A stretch of 61,901 nucleotides of DNA, the filler included. It is 4 parts of 4 records of this genome, joined end to end, with 100 filler letters (N's around TTAATTAATTAA, not from the genome) between each part and the next. Parts side by side here need not be neighbours in the genome. Positions count along the whole stretch, not along the records: positions 29,908 to 38,821 come from SRR20825019_695; positions 38,922 to 55,116 come from SRR20825019_696; 2 more parts are not named here. One strand, 5' to 3'. The stretch's first letter is position 1. Every line of letters begins with the position of its first letter. Of this stretch, positions 38,505 to 51,547 are shown in pieces. Position numbers and translations under genes: made by a program. Under the pieces are notes generated by a model that was given only the letters and a program-made list of their open reading frames with translations, had not been told where the DNA came from and did no database searches.

Positions 38505-38821
38505 CACTGTAAAATTCCGGGGAACCTAAACATGTGTAAACATGACACCATGTTTGCAAACATGGGTAAACATGCTCCGACATATATGTCTGTCTAAAAA
38601 AAACATGTAAATCCATGTTCGTAAACAGGGATGCATGTTCAACACACATGAAATCATCGTATGAATCCAATCGTGTGTGTGTACATCTCTCGACATGTAC
38701 CGACATGTCATGTACAAAAATATTGTGAAGTAATGCATGTCTGACCGTGTACCTGCACATGCAAAACATAGTAAGTATGTTTTATATGGGCCGAACACGA
38801 TGACATGATCGTGTTTGACCA
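38505..38821. repeat. AT-rich block of CATG / AAACATG repeats starting CACTGTAAAA; possible DNA transposon terminus
   Basis: About 15 CATG sites in about 290 bp, abrupt composition change at 38505, contig ends inside it. Confidence 0.55.
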
Positions 38822-38921
38822 NNNNNNNNNNNNNNNNNNNNNNNNNNNNNNNNNNNNNNNNNNNNTTAATTAATTAANNNNNNNNNNNNNNNNNNNNNNN
38901 NNNNNNNNNNNNNNNNNNNNN
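38822..38921. other. Artificial contig linker
   Basis: 44N-TTAATTAATTAA-44N. Confidence 0.99.
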
Positions 38922-39598
38922 CCCCCCCCCCCCCCCCCCCCCCCCGGCACCATCACGTTGCGACGGCTGTCTCGGGTCCGACTGGCTCAGTTGAAGCCAC
39001 TCCGGCCTGGTGGTGCCGTACGGTGGTGGTTCGCGTCCTCCGCGGCCTGGCCCGACCGGACCATCGTCCGCTCGGCGTGTCACCACGACTGAGCGGTACA
39101 GTGGTGGTCGGGTCGTCGGGCTGCAGAACGGGCAGCGCAGTGCGGCATTTGGACTGTTGCCAAATAATAAATTTGAACAGAAAATTCAAAAGATACCAAC
39201 CGCTATTATAATATTTATAAGTAAAATTGCTTTGTTCCTGCAGTAAATGGGCTAACTCATAGCACTCGATTTCACATCCTGAACTGCCAGTCTGTGTCCA
39301 GCCTGCTGTCATGCCTCTGCTGGTGACCTTTGATCAGCCCGGGCGGGGGTGCGGCAGGAATCGTCGCGGACGCGACTCCGTCGTAGCTTGGCGACCAAGC
39401 GCGGCATGAGCGGCGCAGCCTAGCTGCTTGGCACGGCCAAACGCGCCCCGTGCTTTAAGTTGTAGGCAGGGCGTGCAGCGGTAGGTAAGTGCACCGCAGG
39501 GTTGACCTTGTGCGAGTTCAGCCTTCGTCGTGATTACTTCAAGCGTTATAAATGTTCATGCTGTTCGCTGTGTCGCAAGTGTGAGCAGCGCTGAAAAT

Positions 39599-42500
39599 AT
39601 GGATGGGGGAGAAAAGGCAGACCAGGAAGAGGTCGCCTCGCCGCCAGCTGCCGACCCGTCTGGGAGTTCTGAAAAGGCTACCAAGCCTGAAGTATCCCGG
39701 TAAGTCTTCGCTGTGTGCTTGGAGCCAGATTGGCCTTATATTTCATATAGGGCCCGTCGCGGATCCAGGCTTCGAAACCTCGAGGACATGGGAATGTTGA
39801 AGGTGAAAGACAAAGATTCAAAAGAGGACGTAAGTAGTGCAAAGTGCGCCCCTGAGGTGAAGCATAACACTTTGACTTTCCAGTCTGGTCCGAGCCCTCA
39901 GGAAATTAAGCGACTAGAAAAAGAGGAACGGAAAAAGGCGAAGAAAGCACTAAAAGCGCGAGATGCTATGGTTGAGGAGATGGTTGTTCCTGAGGATTTC
40001 ACCATGGCGGAAAGAATGGAATTCTCAAAGACAAAGTCTCCTGAAGAGGTGCAAGACCTAATGGAAAGGTATAACAAGCGGAAGGAAAGCAAGCCTGTTA
40101 CTAAGGAAGATAAGAGGAGGATGATCAAAAAGGTCTGTTAACCATGGTTATACTTTAAGTGTTCTTACACGGTATTCAGCGACTCGACGCAGTGCGTTTG
40201 CTCCAGAGGTGTTGGAGGGGGCATGTTGTACGCAAAGGTATTGTCCAGCCGCTGTTGGAAGCACGCCAGAGACATCGTGCCATCCTTAAGATCCAAAAGG
40301 TAGCGAGGGGTCTGCAGTCGAGGACCAAGATGAAGGGCCTTCGCATCATGTACAAGGAGAACAAACTTGCCCTGGACGCCATAGATGTTGAGTTGCAGCA
40401 GACCAAGTTCCGTAGGGAATGGAAGGCGGACTACGGTGGTAATACCCGTATTCATATCGCCGCCGAAGAAGATCTCTACAAGTGTGTGGAATTTTACATA
40501 ACTATTGGGGCCGACCCCAATAAGCGGTAGGGATAGTTTGTAGTGTTGAATATGCTGGCATCTGATTCTTTCTTTGCTAGTGATTGTTGTGGTCGCACCG
40601 TGCTCGACCATGCATTGAATCACGAGAGCTACCAAGTGGTTGCCTATCTGCTCTCGGTTCCCAATTGCAATGTGGAGTATGTGCCATTACGCACGTTTTC
40701 GTTCAAAACACATAACCTCGATTCCCAGTGCAATATGGTCTCGGACGACCAAGCCGGATTTCCAAAAGGTCATATACTATCTGAAGGAACACCAAGCACC
40801 GAGAAATGCCTTAGTTAGAAAGAACAGGTGCGGGATGCGACGATAGAGTACAATGGTCTCGCAGTTGACGCCGCTCTTCCCAGCTTTGGGCACACGTTGG
40901 CCCATGCTGCTGCACGTCGAGGCTCGGTGATTTCTTTGAATTTTTTGTACGACCGAAAGCTCGCCCAATTTACTTCGGAGGGGTGCAACAGGGGAGTGCA
41001 GCCGCTATCTGTTGCTCTGAACTTTGGCCATTTGGAGGTATGTGCCATATTGCTAAATCTGGTTTTCACTGATTTGGAGCCAGGCCGCGGCATTGATCTT
41101 GACGCGGACGTCAGAAATCAAGGAGACGGACTTGAAAATATTGTCAACAAACAACTTCCACCAGTTTCTCTTTGAACTCAAGGACCAAGTGAGCAGAGGC
41201 TTGGCTTCCGGGCTAGAATACTAACTCCATGCGCAGGTTTTCCCTTTTTCGAACATAAAGCAAAGATACGTGTGCTCTCTCTTGCTTTACCATGCCGTCA
41301 ACAATAAGCTTGAAGAAGACATTGTATTCTTATTGCGTAGGTACCCCACGATTTTAAAACATCATCGCGCCTGATTTTCTCCGTTGTGCCGCATAGAGGA
41401 AGGAGTTAAGGCTGCGTGTGTATTTCCGGATTTGAGAAGCCCGTTGTCCATATACGTGAAGACAGGTAGACCGTCCCTTGCCAAAAAGTTGATACGAGCT
41501 GGAACACCGATTGATGGTATGTTTCCCGGGAAATGAGTCTTGTGGAGATATAACGGTCGCGATATTTCAGGTGCCACCAAGGAGATTAAGGAGGAATGGT
41601 CCAACATCAATGGGTACTTGCTTCCACGTAAGTCCGTACCTGCCACAGGCTTTCAATGTTTGACGTTTCATTAGGGCTGGATATTGACGAAGAGCTTAAA
41701 TTGAAGTACGGGACTTTCAAAGACGACATTGTATCCACAGGGGAGAAGTCCCTCACTCCGCTTTATATCGCTTATGAGAATCTTCGCTCTGAGGTTGTAG
41801 CTGCCTTGATTGAAGAAGGAGCAGATCTTGAACCACTCATAATGTTTTCCGACGGTTTTGTTCTTGACGAAGCAGTTGACTACCTGGCAAAAACTGTAAG
41901 GGTTCATGTGATCCATTGCATTTTATCGAAGCGAGCTTATCCTTTACTCCTAGGGATACTTCTTGAGTTTGGAAGCGAAAGTGGAAGGAGAAGATGAACA
42001 CCTCAAGTGGCACTGTAAGAGCCCGGAGATGATCCATGTAGCCGCCCGGTTGGGGGCATTGAGAACTCTACAGTTCCTTACAAGTAGGGGATGCAGCTTG
42101 AATAAGTTGTGGAATGTGAGTTTATTGTCGGGAAAATTGAACGTAGAGCCCTGACTATTGTTAAGGATATGTCGCCAATGCACATTGCCTGCAAGTATCA
42201 GCAGGAGGCAGCAATATACCAGTTGCTTGACTACGGCGCCAATATTCTTATGAAGAATGGCGTTGGAAAAATTCCATTTGATCTGGCTAATCCCGGTGAG
42301 TCTCGAAATTGTTCAGGTTTCTTCATCGGCTGATCGCGCATCCTTTCAGGCATTCGCCTCTGCATTAAGCAGTACTACTCCTTGAAGAAGCAGATGCTAA
42401 TCGATCAGCTCAACGACGGGACTCAGTCCATTAGCGAAGAAGATGTTAATACTAGCCTTCAGAAGCTCTCTCAAGGGAAACGTGAGACATATGTATGTTA

Positions 42501-43737
42501 GCCTTCTTATATCTCTCTGATTATCGCACACAGACATCTCTGCTATCATCACCGAGTTGTTCGGAGAATCGTCCGGAATAGAAAATATCGAAAAAATTAG
42601 GGCACTCTCCAGGGCACCGTCTCCCATAATATCATATGAGCCGTCAGCCCAACCGGAAGAAGGTGAAGGTGGGCAGAAGAGTTTCTTTATAGATCCAGAA
42701 ATCCTTATGGAGGCGCAAAAAATGTTGCTCGGTGATGCCCCAGGCATGACACTGATTCGCTTCGGAATGGATGACCCAGTGGACGAGCCTGAGGGAGAAA
42801 AGCCCCAAATGAGGGCCAGGTCTTCCACTGACCAGTTGCCATCGCAACCGTCTCCAGAATCTATTGACGGAGGCGAGTCGGCGATGGGGTTCCTGAGCCG
42901 GGCAATACGAGAATGCAAACAGGAAGGTGACGAGGATCTTTCGGACCTAATGGAGAGTGACGAGGAGCAAGAGCAAGCAGAAGTTGGGGCGAAGCCCGAG
43001 GACGCCGGTGATTTGGAACCTGAGGGAGAACCTCAGTCCGACCATCAAGACCCTGACGAGACTGAAAAGGTGCAGGGCACCACTGAGGCCATGACTTCGG
43101 AGGAGGAAACGGACTCGGATGTGTCAGACAGTGACTTCACTGAAGAGGACGTCGAGGAAATTGAGAGTGACAGCGATCGAGAGCCCGACGTGACAGAATG
43201 GGGGAAATATGCTGAAATCAAGGACTTGGCCAAGCGAAAAGCAATGCAGCGGGCTGATCTAGAGAAACAGATGGTGACACTTGTGGCCTCGCTCGATCAA
43301 TCGACGAAGTTCACATTCCAAAATGTCGAGGAGGTACGTGCGCTTGAAGAAATTTATGATAGTCTTGTGCTTTTGTTGCTCACTTTATCACCGCAGCGAA
43401 TTGTTTACCGAAGGCCGAGCATATATGACACGCACACTCCTTCCATAGTCAAGCGTGCAATGCATAAGAACATGAGGCTTGCTGCTGGTCGAGAGATTAA
43501 GGTAAGCGCGGCTCATCAAGTTTTGGGATTTAATGCTGATAGAATGTATCCTCACAGCGCCGATACAAGGAGAAGATGGAGCCCAAGGAAAAACTGTACA
43601 GAATGCCGGTGAAATCCCAACGCCGGCGGCCGTATTGCTTGGATGGAATTGACCCAAACATATACACGGTTGTGCATGAGGAGGTGAAGAAGCTATCAGA
43701 CGCCGAAGCGAGTTCAAATTCCGATGCTAGTGACTGA
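39599..43737 (+). CDS. Eukaryotic multi-exon IQ-motif and ankyrin-repeat protein with an acidic region
   Basis: Introns include 39700-39750, 39830-39883, 40133-40179 and 43502-43557. IQ motifs LLQRCWRGHVVR and KIQKVARGLQSR. Ankyrin starts GNTRIHIAA, GHTLAHAAA, LTPLYIA, MSPMHIACK. Internal exon boundaries are not all resolved. Confidence 0.75.
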
Positions 43738-43756
43738 AGTGCAAGCGACAACAGAA

Positions 43757-46700
43757 TCATAGCACTGGTCTGGGTTCCAGATCGGTGGAGGCCGGGGGAC
43801 CAGGAGGCGGGTGACCCAGGCTCGGTCGAGACGCGAGAGGTAGATAGCAGTCCTCAATATCCTGCACAGCCATTACTGCGTGGTCTAGCTTTTTCCTTTC
43901 AAAGTAGTGTGGGCAGTCCACTGACACACATGGTGACGTCCGCACCGTATCTGGCCATCCTGTGCAGCGCGCGCAGAGCATGTGTGCTCGGTTCTGCTTG
44001 TCTTCCAGCATGCGGAGACGTTCGCTCAATACGTACACGCTGCCTTGCGGTTTCCTCAGGCATGGCTCGCACACGGGCTTGCGGGATTTGTTGTCGCAGA
44101 GGACACAATTCTCACAATAAACACCGACATCCTCGAGAGTTCTCTGTGCTTTCCGAGTGGATTCTATACACGGGTTAGAATTATGGAACAAACGGCAGAA
44201 ACCAACCCACTTGCTCCATGATCGATGTTCTTCAGCTGCCTCTTGGTGTAGTCATACTTCTGCTTTCTTGCGCTGGTGTGCCATGTTTTGACGTCGACTC
44301 CAAAGGTCCGGAATATCCTATCCAGGGGCGGCAAGACCATTTTGATGATATAGTATTTGGCGTCGATTTGGTCTCGACCGAGCGATTCCACCAACCGGCG
44401 CGGATTACAGGCCTATTCGAAATGCTCAGTCTGCCTGTAGAACAAGGCAGGCAACACCAAATTCACTCACATTGGAGGCAAGAGTCCCTTGATGCTTTGT
44501 ATTTACAATCACATACGGAATCCTTTCCTTCACCTCTGGTTCCAGCATGCGATCCTGGGCTAGACGTCAGAACCATCCACCGCAATGCAGCACATCCACC
44601 ACTCACCTCCGCCGCCATAGCCGAGGCAATGGCACGATTGGGTTGCACATTTGGTTTCGTGTACGAGCTCACGGGTTTAACTTCCCTTGCAAATATAAAG
44701 TCCTGAACTCCAACCCGTCCAGCATAAATCTTTTGGCACTGACGCTGTACGTAAGACTTGACAAGAGAAACATCTCTCGTCTCAAAAAGTAATCGCAAAC
44801 ATTTCTCCTGAATCTTAGCTACGGCGGGAACACCATCGCGTCTCACCGTCTCTATACCCTTCGCATCAAAGACTGGAACGGTTTGTTCGGGGGATGTGTA
44901 CGCATATCCGACATATCGCTTCTTCGTCAACATAACACTCGGATGGAACACCTTCTCGAACTGCAGCTTCATAGGCGCCGGCATCACATCAGTTACCATA
45001 GCCGCAATTTTGGCACCCTCTGTATGTGCCATCTCACGCGTAGCCCCGATCATTTCAACAAATATGGAGTCAGTGTCACCATATATCACGCGTACGCGGT
45101 CATTGGCCCGAATCTTGCGCTTCTCGCTCTCCGGCAATATCTTGAACCAGCGATCTTCATCGCTGTATCCATTATACTTCTGCTGAACCATGGTCTTTGC
45201 CTTGAGCAGCGCTCGCTTTCCTACCTCCACTATGCTGTCAGCGATATCTGCACAAGGCATACGCCCACTGAAGTTCGCGCTCGTGTATCCATATGTTACA
45301 TTCGCAATCAGTTTCAAACTCAACTGCCGTGCATTGAGCATTTTCTCTAACACCTCATCATTATTCCTCTTGGCTTTTCCCAGCGCTTGTTTGGTCATTA
45401 CTCTTGTTTGCAAAATCTCGCTCAACAGCCTTGGTAGAATTCCCTGGCGCTTCTCTGGCTTGACGTACGCGATGCTGTTTGGCGTTACAATGACATCGTG
45501 CTCATGCTTCATCCAGAAACCCGGATTCCTCTGTATGTGCGTCACTCCCAGTTTTTGCATTTCTTCGTCTGTAATCTTCCCTAGACATGTGGAATAGCAT
45601 ATGTTGTGACTTATCACAACAGAAGGGTACAGAGACTGGTAGTCGAGCACAAGAACAGGATTGACGTAGAAGTCGCTCTTAGGCTCCATGACGAGGGGAA
45701 TGCTCTCCGTTGCCGGCTGTTCTCTGACCTGTTCCCGGGTGGGAGAGATCATGACATAGTTCTGTGATTGCGCCAGCCTTGCCATCATGGACTCCACACG
45801 GTACTGTGAGCCCCTCGCCATTACTGACACAAAGTCTATCCCATACACACGGGCCATTTCTGAGGTTCTTTCGATGAATCCCATCTGATCCAACATGCGA
45901 AGATTCATGACGGCCCGGTCGAGGAAATACTCCAAGGGCCTCCATCGCAAATACGCCGGGCCAGTTGTAAACCAAGCCGTCAACACATCTGAGTCGACCT
46001 TGGGAGTTCGCACCTTGAATAGAGTCCACACCACATTCTCGTACGAATACATCCTCAGATTGTTCTCACGTCGTGCCACTCTCCACATATTTAGGATGAT
46101 GCGGCCGGTGATGTGAATGCCCGTGGAGTGCGCCATTCCGTACTCGTCATTCCTCCTGTCCTTTGGATCCAGGTGCCGGGCACTCATCACACGGCTCATC
46201 TCCACCGTCATATCAATCCCATGCCTCGCCCCGCGTGCCAAGATGAATGATAAAGAAGACTTCTGGATCTCATAACCCATCAATATTTCCGGATCACACT
46301 CTTGCACAATGGTGGCAAATGTTCGGAGTAGAACCTCTTCAGAGGGCACGCATTCCACGCGAGTACCCGGGTGAGCTGCGGATGGCCCCATGCTGTCAGC
46401 GTCAGTCTTAACAACGACGCCTTTCACAATATTATCCTTAAAACGACCTCCCATCCTTGCCGACCGCCGCTCATCATGGATGGCATACAGAATTGCGGTG
46501 ATCTCATCAAATTCCGGATCGGGTTCATTGCTCGAACGGGTTACACAGAAAGTTTCGATGCTCATCATAGTCAAGTTTTGCGATCGGGTGATTGACAACG
46601 ATTTGGCCTCAATATCCGAGGCAGCGACCGGGCTCTCTCTTGCTGCTGTGCCAACGTCAATCTGGGACACCGCAGTAGGCCCCGCAGGAGCAACCGAGGG

Positions 46701-49700
46701 GGGAACCGCTCTTTGACTCTCATGTTCCGCCTGGTCATTCAACCACTTCATCGCATCTGCGTATGAAGGCGGGCATTGGACTGGAGTCCAATGCGTGTGA
46801 CTCAGTATCCTCCTCCGGAAATCGACTCCAGTTGCGAACTCGCATCCATGAAATTCAGGAATAGAATCAAGCGCTGAAAACACGGGAAGTCAGCCAACAA
46901 TTACTCCAACAAGCACTAGGGGCATGGGGGATGGGGAGTGCCCACCCAACACACATGGAACACCACTGCAAAAGGATCAACACCTACTCGTCGGGCACTT
47001 AAGATCAATCTTGAGACCTGCGTACTCGATCGGTCCGGTCACATCGGCGGGATTGCTGTAATGAGGCTTTGTGTGTTCTTCGTATGGGAAAAGCTCCGCC
47101 TTCACATAGGTTAAGCTCGGTGGTGGGTGCGGGTTCCTCCACAGCCCCTGACGAATGGATGATCCACTAAATGGCCCTGAATGCGGGTGATCAGTAATAC
47201 GCACCATGTGCACAGGAAAGACATACCTGAAAAAGCGGGTGTATTATCCGAAGGCGGACGCGATGATATTCTACTTGGGCAGCCTTGGTCGCTGGACGCT
47301 AGATTGGCTTCTTCTCGGAGGTCCACCATGGGCCGTGGCTGCGACAGCTGTTCTGCATCACTCTCCACATTCATGAAACGAACAGAGGAGCCAACGGAGC
47401 CCTTAAATCCCCGCGACACCTCATTGCGCGCCCAATTGCCGTGAGATGGAACATACTCCTCATTGGAGGGTACTAAACCCTCGTGATCCCCGCTCGCTCC
47501 CTTCGGGCCGGGCTCAGTCTCCTTCCCTCTCAAGCGTTCACCATCTACATCCGGGTGTCCCAGGCCATCCTGTACAGCGGGCGCTACCCCCTGACTGGGC
47601 GGTGCCAGGATTTCATCAGGGCACTTCGCATCAAAGAGATTGTCTTGATTGGCAGTGCTGCTACTTGCGAGCTTTCCCGTCTCCACAGGGCTTCCCGCGG
47701 CCAAGGGCGTGTTGTCGACGACTCGATATTCTCCCTCCACGGAATCCCTGGCCTGCATAATGCTCGCCGGCTTCGCTGCCGTGTCAATATCCGCATCCTC
47801 GTCTAGGAACACCCTGCCTTGTGATATTGGTTTGCTTTTGTTGGTCCTTGATCTATCTACATCAGTATCCATTGACTGAGTAGTGTCCGGCTCAATCTCC
47901 AGCACGGTCTGCCGCCTTACTCGTTGCTTTCCATCTGACGTCTTGTGTCTCTTCATGATTACAGGAATGTCAGGCTTCCGGCTGGGTCGCTTCATGTCAG
48001 TTGAACCATCGCTGTCTCTTGGCCTGTGCGATCGAATCGCTGACGCCGCGGATGCGTCCCTGCTTCCTACGGCTTCCCTTCCTGACGAAGTTTTGAGATG
48101 GGGTCTACCATTCTTGCTATCAAGTGGCCGGATAACATCTACTCCAGCAGTTCCCGCCGCGCCTTCTCCCTCGGACCCGGTCTTCCGGGTTTGCAGTGGA
48201 ATGTACCGTGCCAACGCCGCCAACCCTTCGCTCGTACCACCGGCCTCCACATTGACCGGGGTCCCGGACACCTCGTTCGAGGCAGCAGGGGTTGAGTCAA
48301 CCCTTCGAACTTGAATACGAGCAGTTCGAACGGCACTAGGCGCCGAGGGTTTCGACTGTGGCGCGCCCATTGGCGCAGACGGCTTAGCTCTGGGGGCATG
48401 CGATGTACCAGCAGCATGAGGCCGATGACGACCGTGCGCCTCGTTCGCTTTTGACTTAGGTGGCGGATCCAATTCCATAGCATCATCATCGCCATCATCA
48501 TCGAGCTGCAGTGTGGTTCTCACGGTCTTCTTCTTCCGTTGTTTGTGTCGCCTGCGCCCGTCGTCATTCGCATCACCATCATACTGAGGTATCCAGTCAT
48601 CACCGGCACCGCCATCGTCAGAATCATCACCACACCCATCGCTCTGAGGGACCACTCTAGCATCCTTGCGAGAAGAGTTCCCATGCTCCTGCGACCCCGA
48701 AAGCACCGGCTGGATTTCCCAATCTTCAATATCTTCAAAGTCTCCCATCTTTTCGTCCGTCTTCGCCAGAGCATCCTTCCTACCTTCGTCGCTGTCATAT
48801 TGGATTACTATATTCTGAGTCTGCTCCACGTTTGGATGGTCATCGCCATCAAAGAATTCATGAGCTGGCCCTTCATTCTGTTCCGGTCTCTCATCATAAC
48901 CCCCCTCTCCATCCGAACCAGATGCATCCCCGCCACGCTCGGCCTCCCGGCCCGCTGCCAACAGCTCCAAGTCACGATCGAAATCGTCATCTTCCGTAAA
49001 CTGCGTGGCGGTACCCAGAAGTTCATCGGCCTGTTCTATAGGAATGCGTTCAGGTACCTGTGTAAAATCTATAACATCATCACCCTCCCCCCCACCCCCC
49101 CTCTCGGAATCACTCTTACGGTTCTCACTCACTGGTACGGGCAACCCCTGGCTCATAATCCCGTCGCTCGATTTGAGCGCCTCCAGGGGGTCAACTTCTG
49201 GAGCGTCTTTTTTCGATAAGCGTTCCTTATCCCAAGCCTGAACATACTTCAACTGTTCTAACACACGTACAACAACTCCCTCGGGCGGAGCCACATTACG
49301 AGCCTGACTACTTGATGGAGTCATATCCATCTCTGACAATCGCTCTCCTGCAGCCATCCGCCGCTTCCGCTCTTCTTCCCAAATAACCTTCAGTGATGGC
49401 ACAAACGATGTGCTCAGGGGTATCCCATGTTGAAGAGGATCCTTGATCTTGGCATCCACGTTGCCGATGTCCTCTTTCTCCACGTCTATCTCCAGTTCAC
49501 ACCTGGAAACCTTCCTCTCACTCCGCTTCAGCGCCTTACCCAGCGCCAATGGCAGCGGCAGAATGTTGTAATACGTCGTGGGTAGTGGTATCTCCTCCCG
49601 CGACCCTGCAGAAACACCAGTCTGTGTCTGCTTCCTCAGTGCCTCGCGTTCCATATGGACCTCATCCTTCAACCAATCCGGAACATCCGGAAGTGCTTCT

Positions 49701-50383
49701 CGAATCCGAAGCTTCCTGAATTTGACTAGGCCCATCCCAACAATGTTGTAGTCAATGAAGAAGTGCAAAAGGTAAGGAATATGCGCTTCGTACGGCTGGA
49801 TCCCATTGGCGGACAATAGCAATGCTGCCGGGGAGATGTAGTTTGGGTGAAAAAAGAATATTTGAATGAAAAACTGCTTCTGATCGTGGTAGCCGTAGTA
49901 TGGGATGCGCTGCGTCAACACCATCTTGAATACGTACTTCTTCTTTGGTGCCACATTGGACGGACGTGCAGCAGCAGTCGTGCCGGCACCACCTGCCCCG
50001 GCGGCACCTGCATGCTCTGCACTGGACCCCGGCGCTGCATTCCCGGCGTTCTCTGCCGTGCGCGCTGCCCGCATAGCCTCGTCCTTCTCCGCAAGACGTG
50101 CATCGAGAGAGGCGCTGAGCTGCTTCATGTACTCAGTACGATGGTCGAAGCTCTGGTCCGCCGGATAGGGCACGTACAGATAGGGGAGAACACCGTGCAC
50201 GTGTGAGCATATCTTCTGTCCCCCTTCGGTAGTTCCCCAGAGGCGGATGACGGGAACCTGCTGACCGGTGCTTGCTGAGGCTCGGCCGTAGGAAGTGGAC
50301 GACTCTTCCCGCGGGTAGGGCTCCATGTAGTAGTCCAGTGCCACCACCCGCATAGAGAGATTCAGCTCTCCATCCACATACAT
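43757..50383 (-). CDS. REV3: DNA polymerase zeta catalytic subunit (multi-exon)
   Basis: N-terminal DYYM...VPVIRLWG...HVHGVLPYLY and YEAHIPYLLHFFIDYN; long low-complexity insert; PolB motifs DYQSLYPS, KLIANVTYGY, YGDTDS, KKRY; C-terminal CysA/CysB; intron e.g. 47177-47226. Confidence 0.93.
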
Positions 50384-51547
50384 CCTCCTAAACCGCCAGT
50401 CCAGAAACACGTGTCGCCATACGAGACCTTTCGTCGGAAAGTTCTTGTCAATCCCAACCTGTTCGTGGGAAGTGGAAGTATTTTCAATAGTTCTAACCGA
50501 GCGGCCCACATACCGTGGCTCAGTGTTGGGACAGCGTTCAAAGCAGGCGTCCGTTGCTGGTTTAGTGGAGAGTCAACCTTCGGAGGTCAGTCACTCGTCA
50601 GTCCTGTCGGCCCAGACCGCTCTACGCCCCGCGGGGACCGCGGCGGGGCGGGCGCGTCCGAGACTGCACCAACACAGACTATCCGGAGGTGCGCGCCCGC
50701 GCCCGCGCCCGGTCAAAGCTCGCGCCGCAGCGCGCCGCAGGCGCTCGGGGCCGCGCTGTCGCGGCCCAGCCACATTGTGCCAGCTCAGCGATAGCCACTG
50801 GCATGACAGATTAGCAGTCCGACTGGGCGCGGGATCGGATCTTCCCGGCCGGCTTCCGCCCTTATACCAATAATGAAGTTAGCCCTCATGTGATTCTAGT
50901 ACATTAAGTATGGTTGACATTAGTATAAGCCCAAAATGAGTGGTTCAACAGCCTCCTTTGAAGGCGAGCAAGGAAACTTTCTCATGGCAACATTTCCACG
51001 TCTCCCCTGGTGTCACCACCCGATCTTGGCGTGGCCTCAGACTATGAAACACAGCCGCATGGAGTACTTTGGCCTTTTGGGGGAACGATGATTCCAGGGA
51101 ACGCACACAAACTTTCCCACACAAGGATAAGGGAAACTTGTAAGGCCTTGCTTGCAGTGGCGCTCGCCTCATCACTCAGTGACGGCGACAGGGTTAGGGC
51201 GCGGTGGCGCTTGTGCATCGTACCCAACAATCAGGTGGCAGTTCCCTCCTGGCTCACCGCGACACTTCATGCGGACTGGCCAAATGGCTTCAACCCTTCA
51301 GTGACTACGCTTGAGTTTGACCGGTTCTTGTCGAATTCTCCGTTTCGTTTCTAACTTGGTCACCCCAACCCTTCCCTGTCAAGCTGGCTCACCTGTCGAG
51401 CACCATGGACTGCGTGGCTTAGAATACCCCGCTCTCTTCTCAGCCCTCCTTCCCCTGGCACTCAGCCGCCACCTGCTATATAAGGCTGTTACCCATACAC
51501 GGAAATGTTGTTAAGAGCCTCTTCAGATCAGGCACAGAGACGATATT

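Noticed and set aside
38520-38815. Possible CRISPR array
   Set aside because: Repeats are only 4-7 nt with irregular spacing, on a eukaryotic contig with no cas genes.
38922-38945. 24-nt poly-C at the start of contig C (same at 55217-55240)
   Set aside because: Identical length at contig starts; most likely poly-G read-tail artefacts rather than telomeres or G-quadruplex elements.
39830-39883. Apparently continuous coding sequence in the ankyrin gene
   Set aside because: Has GTAAGT...TTTCCAG ends and is 54 nt, so it is better read as a stop-free in-frame intron; not evidence of anything unusual.
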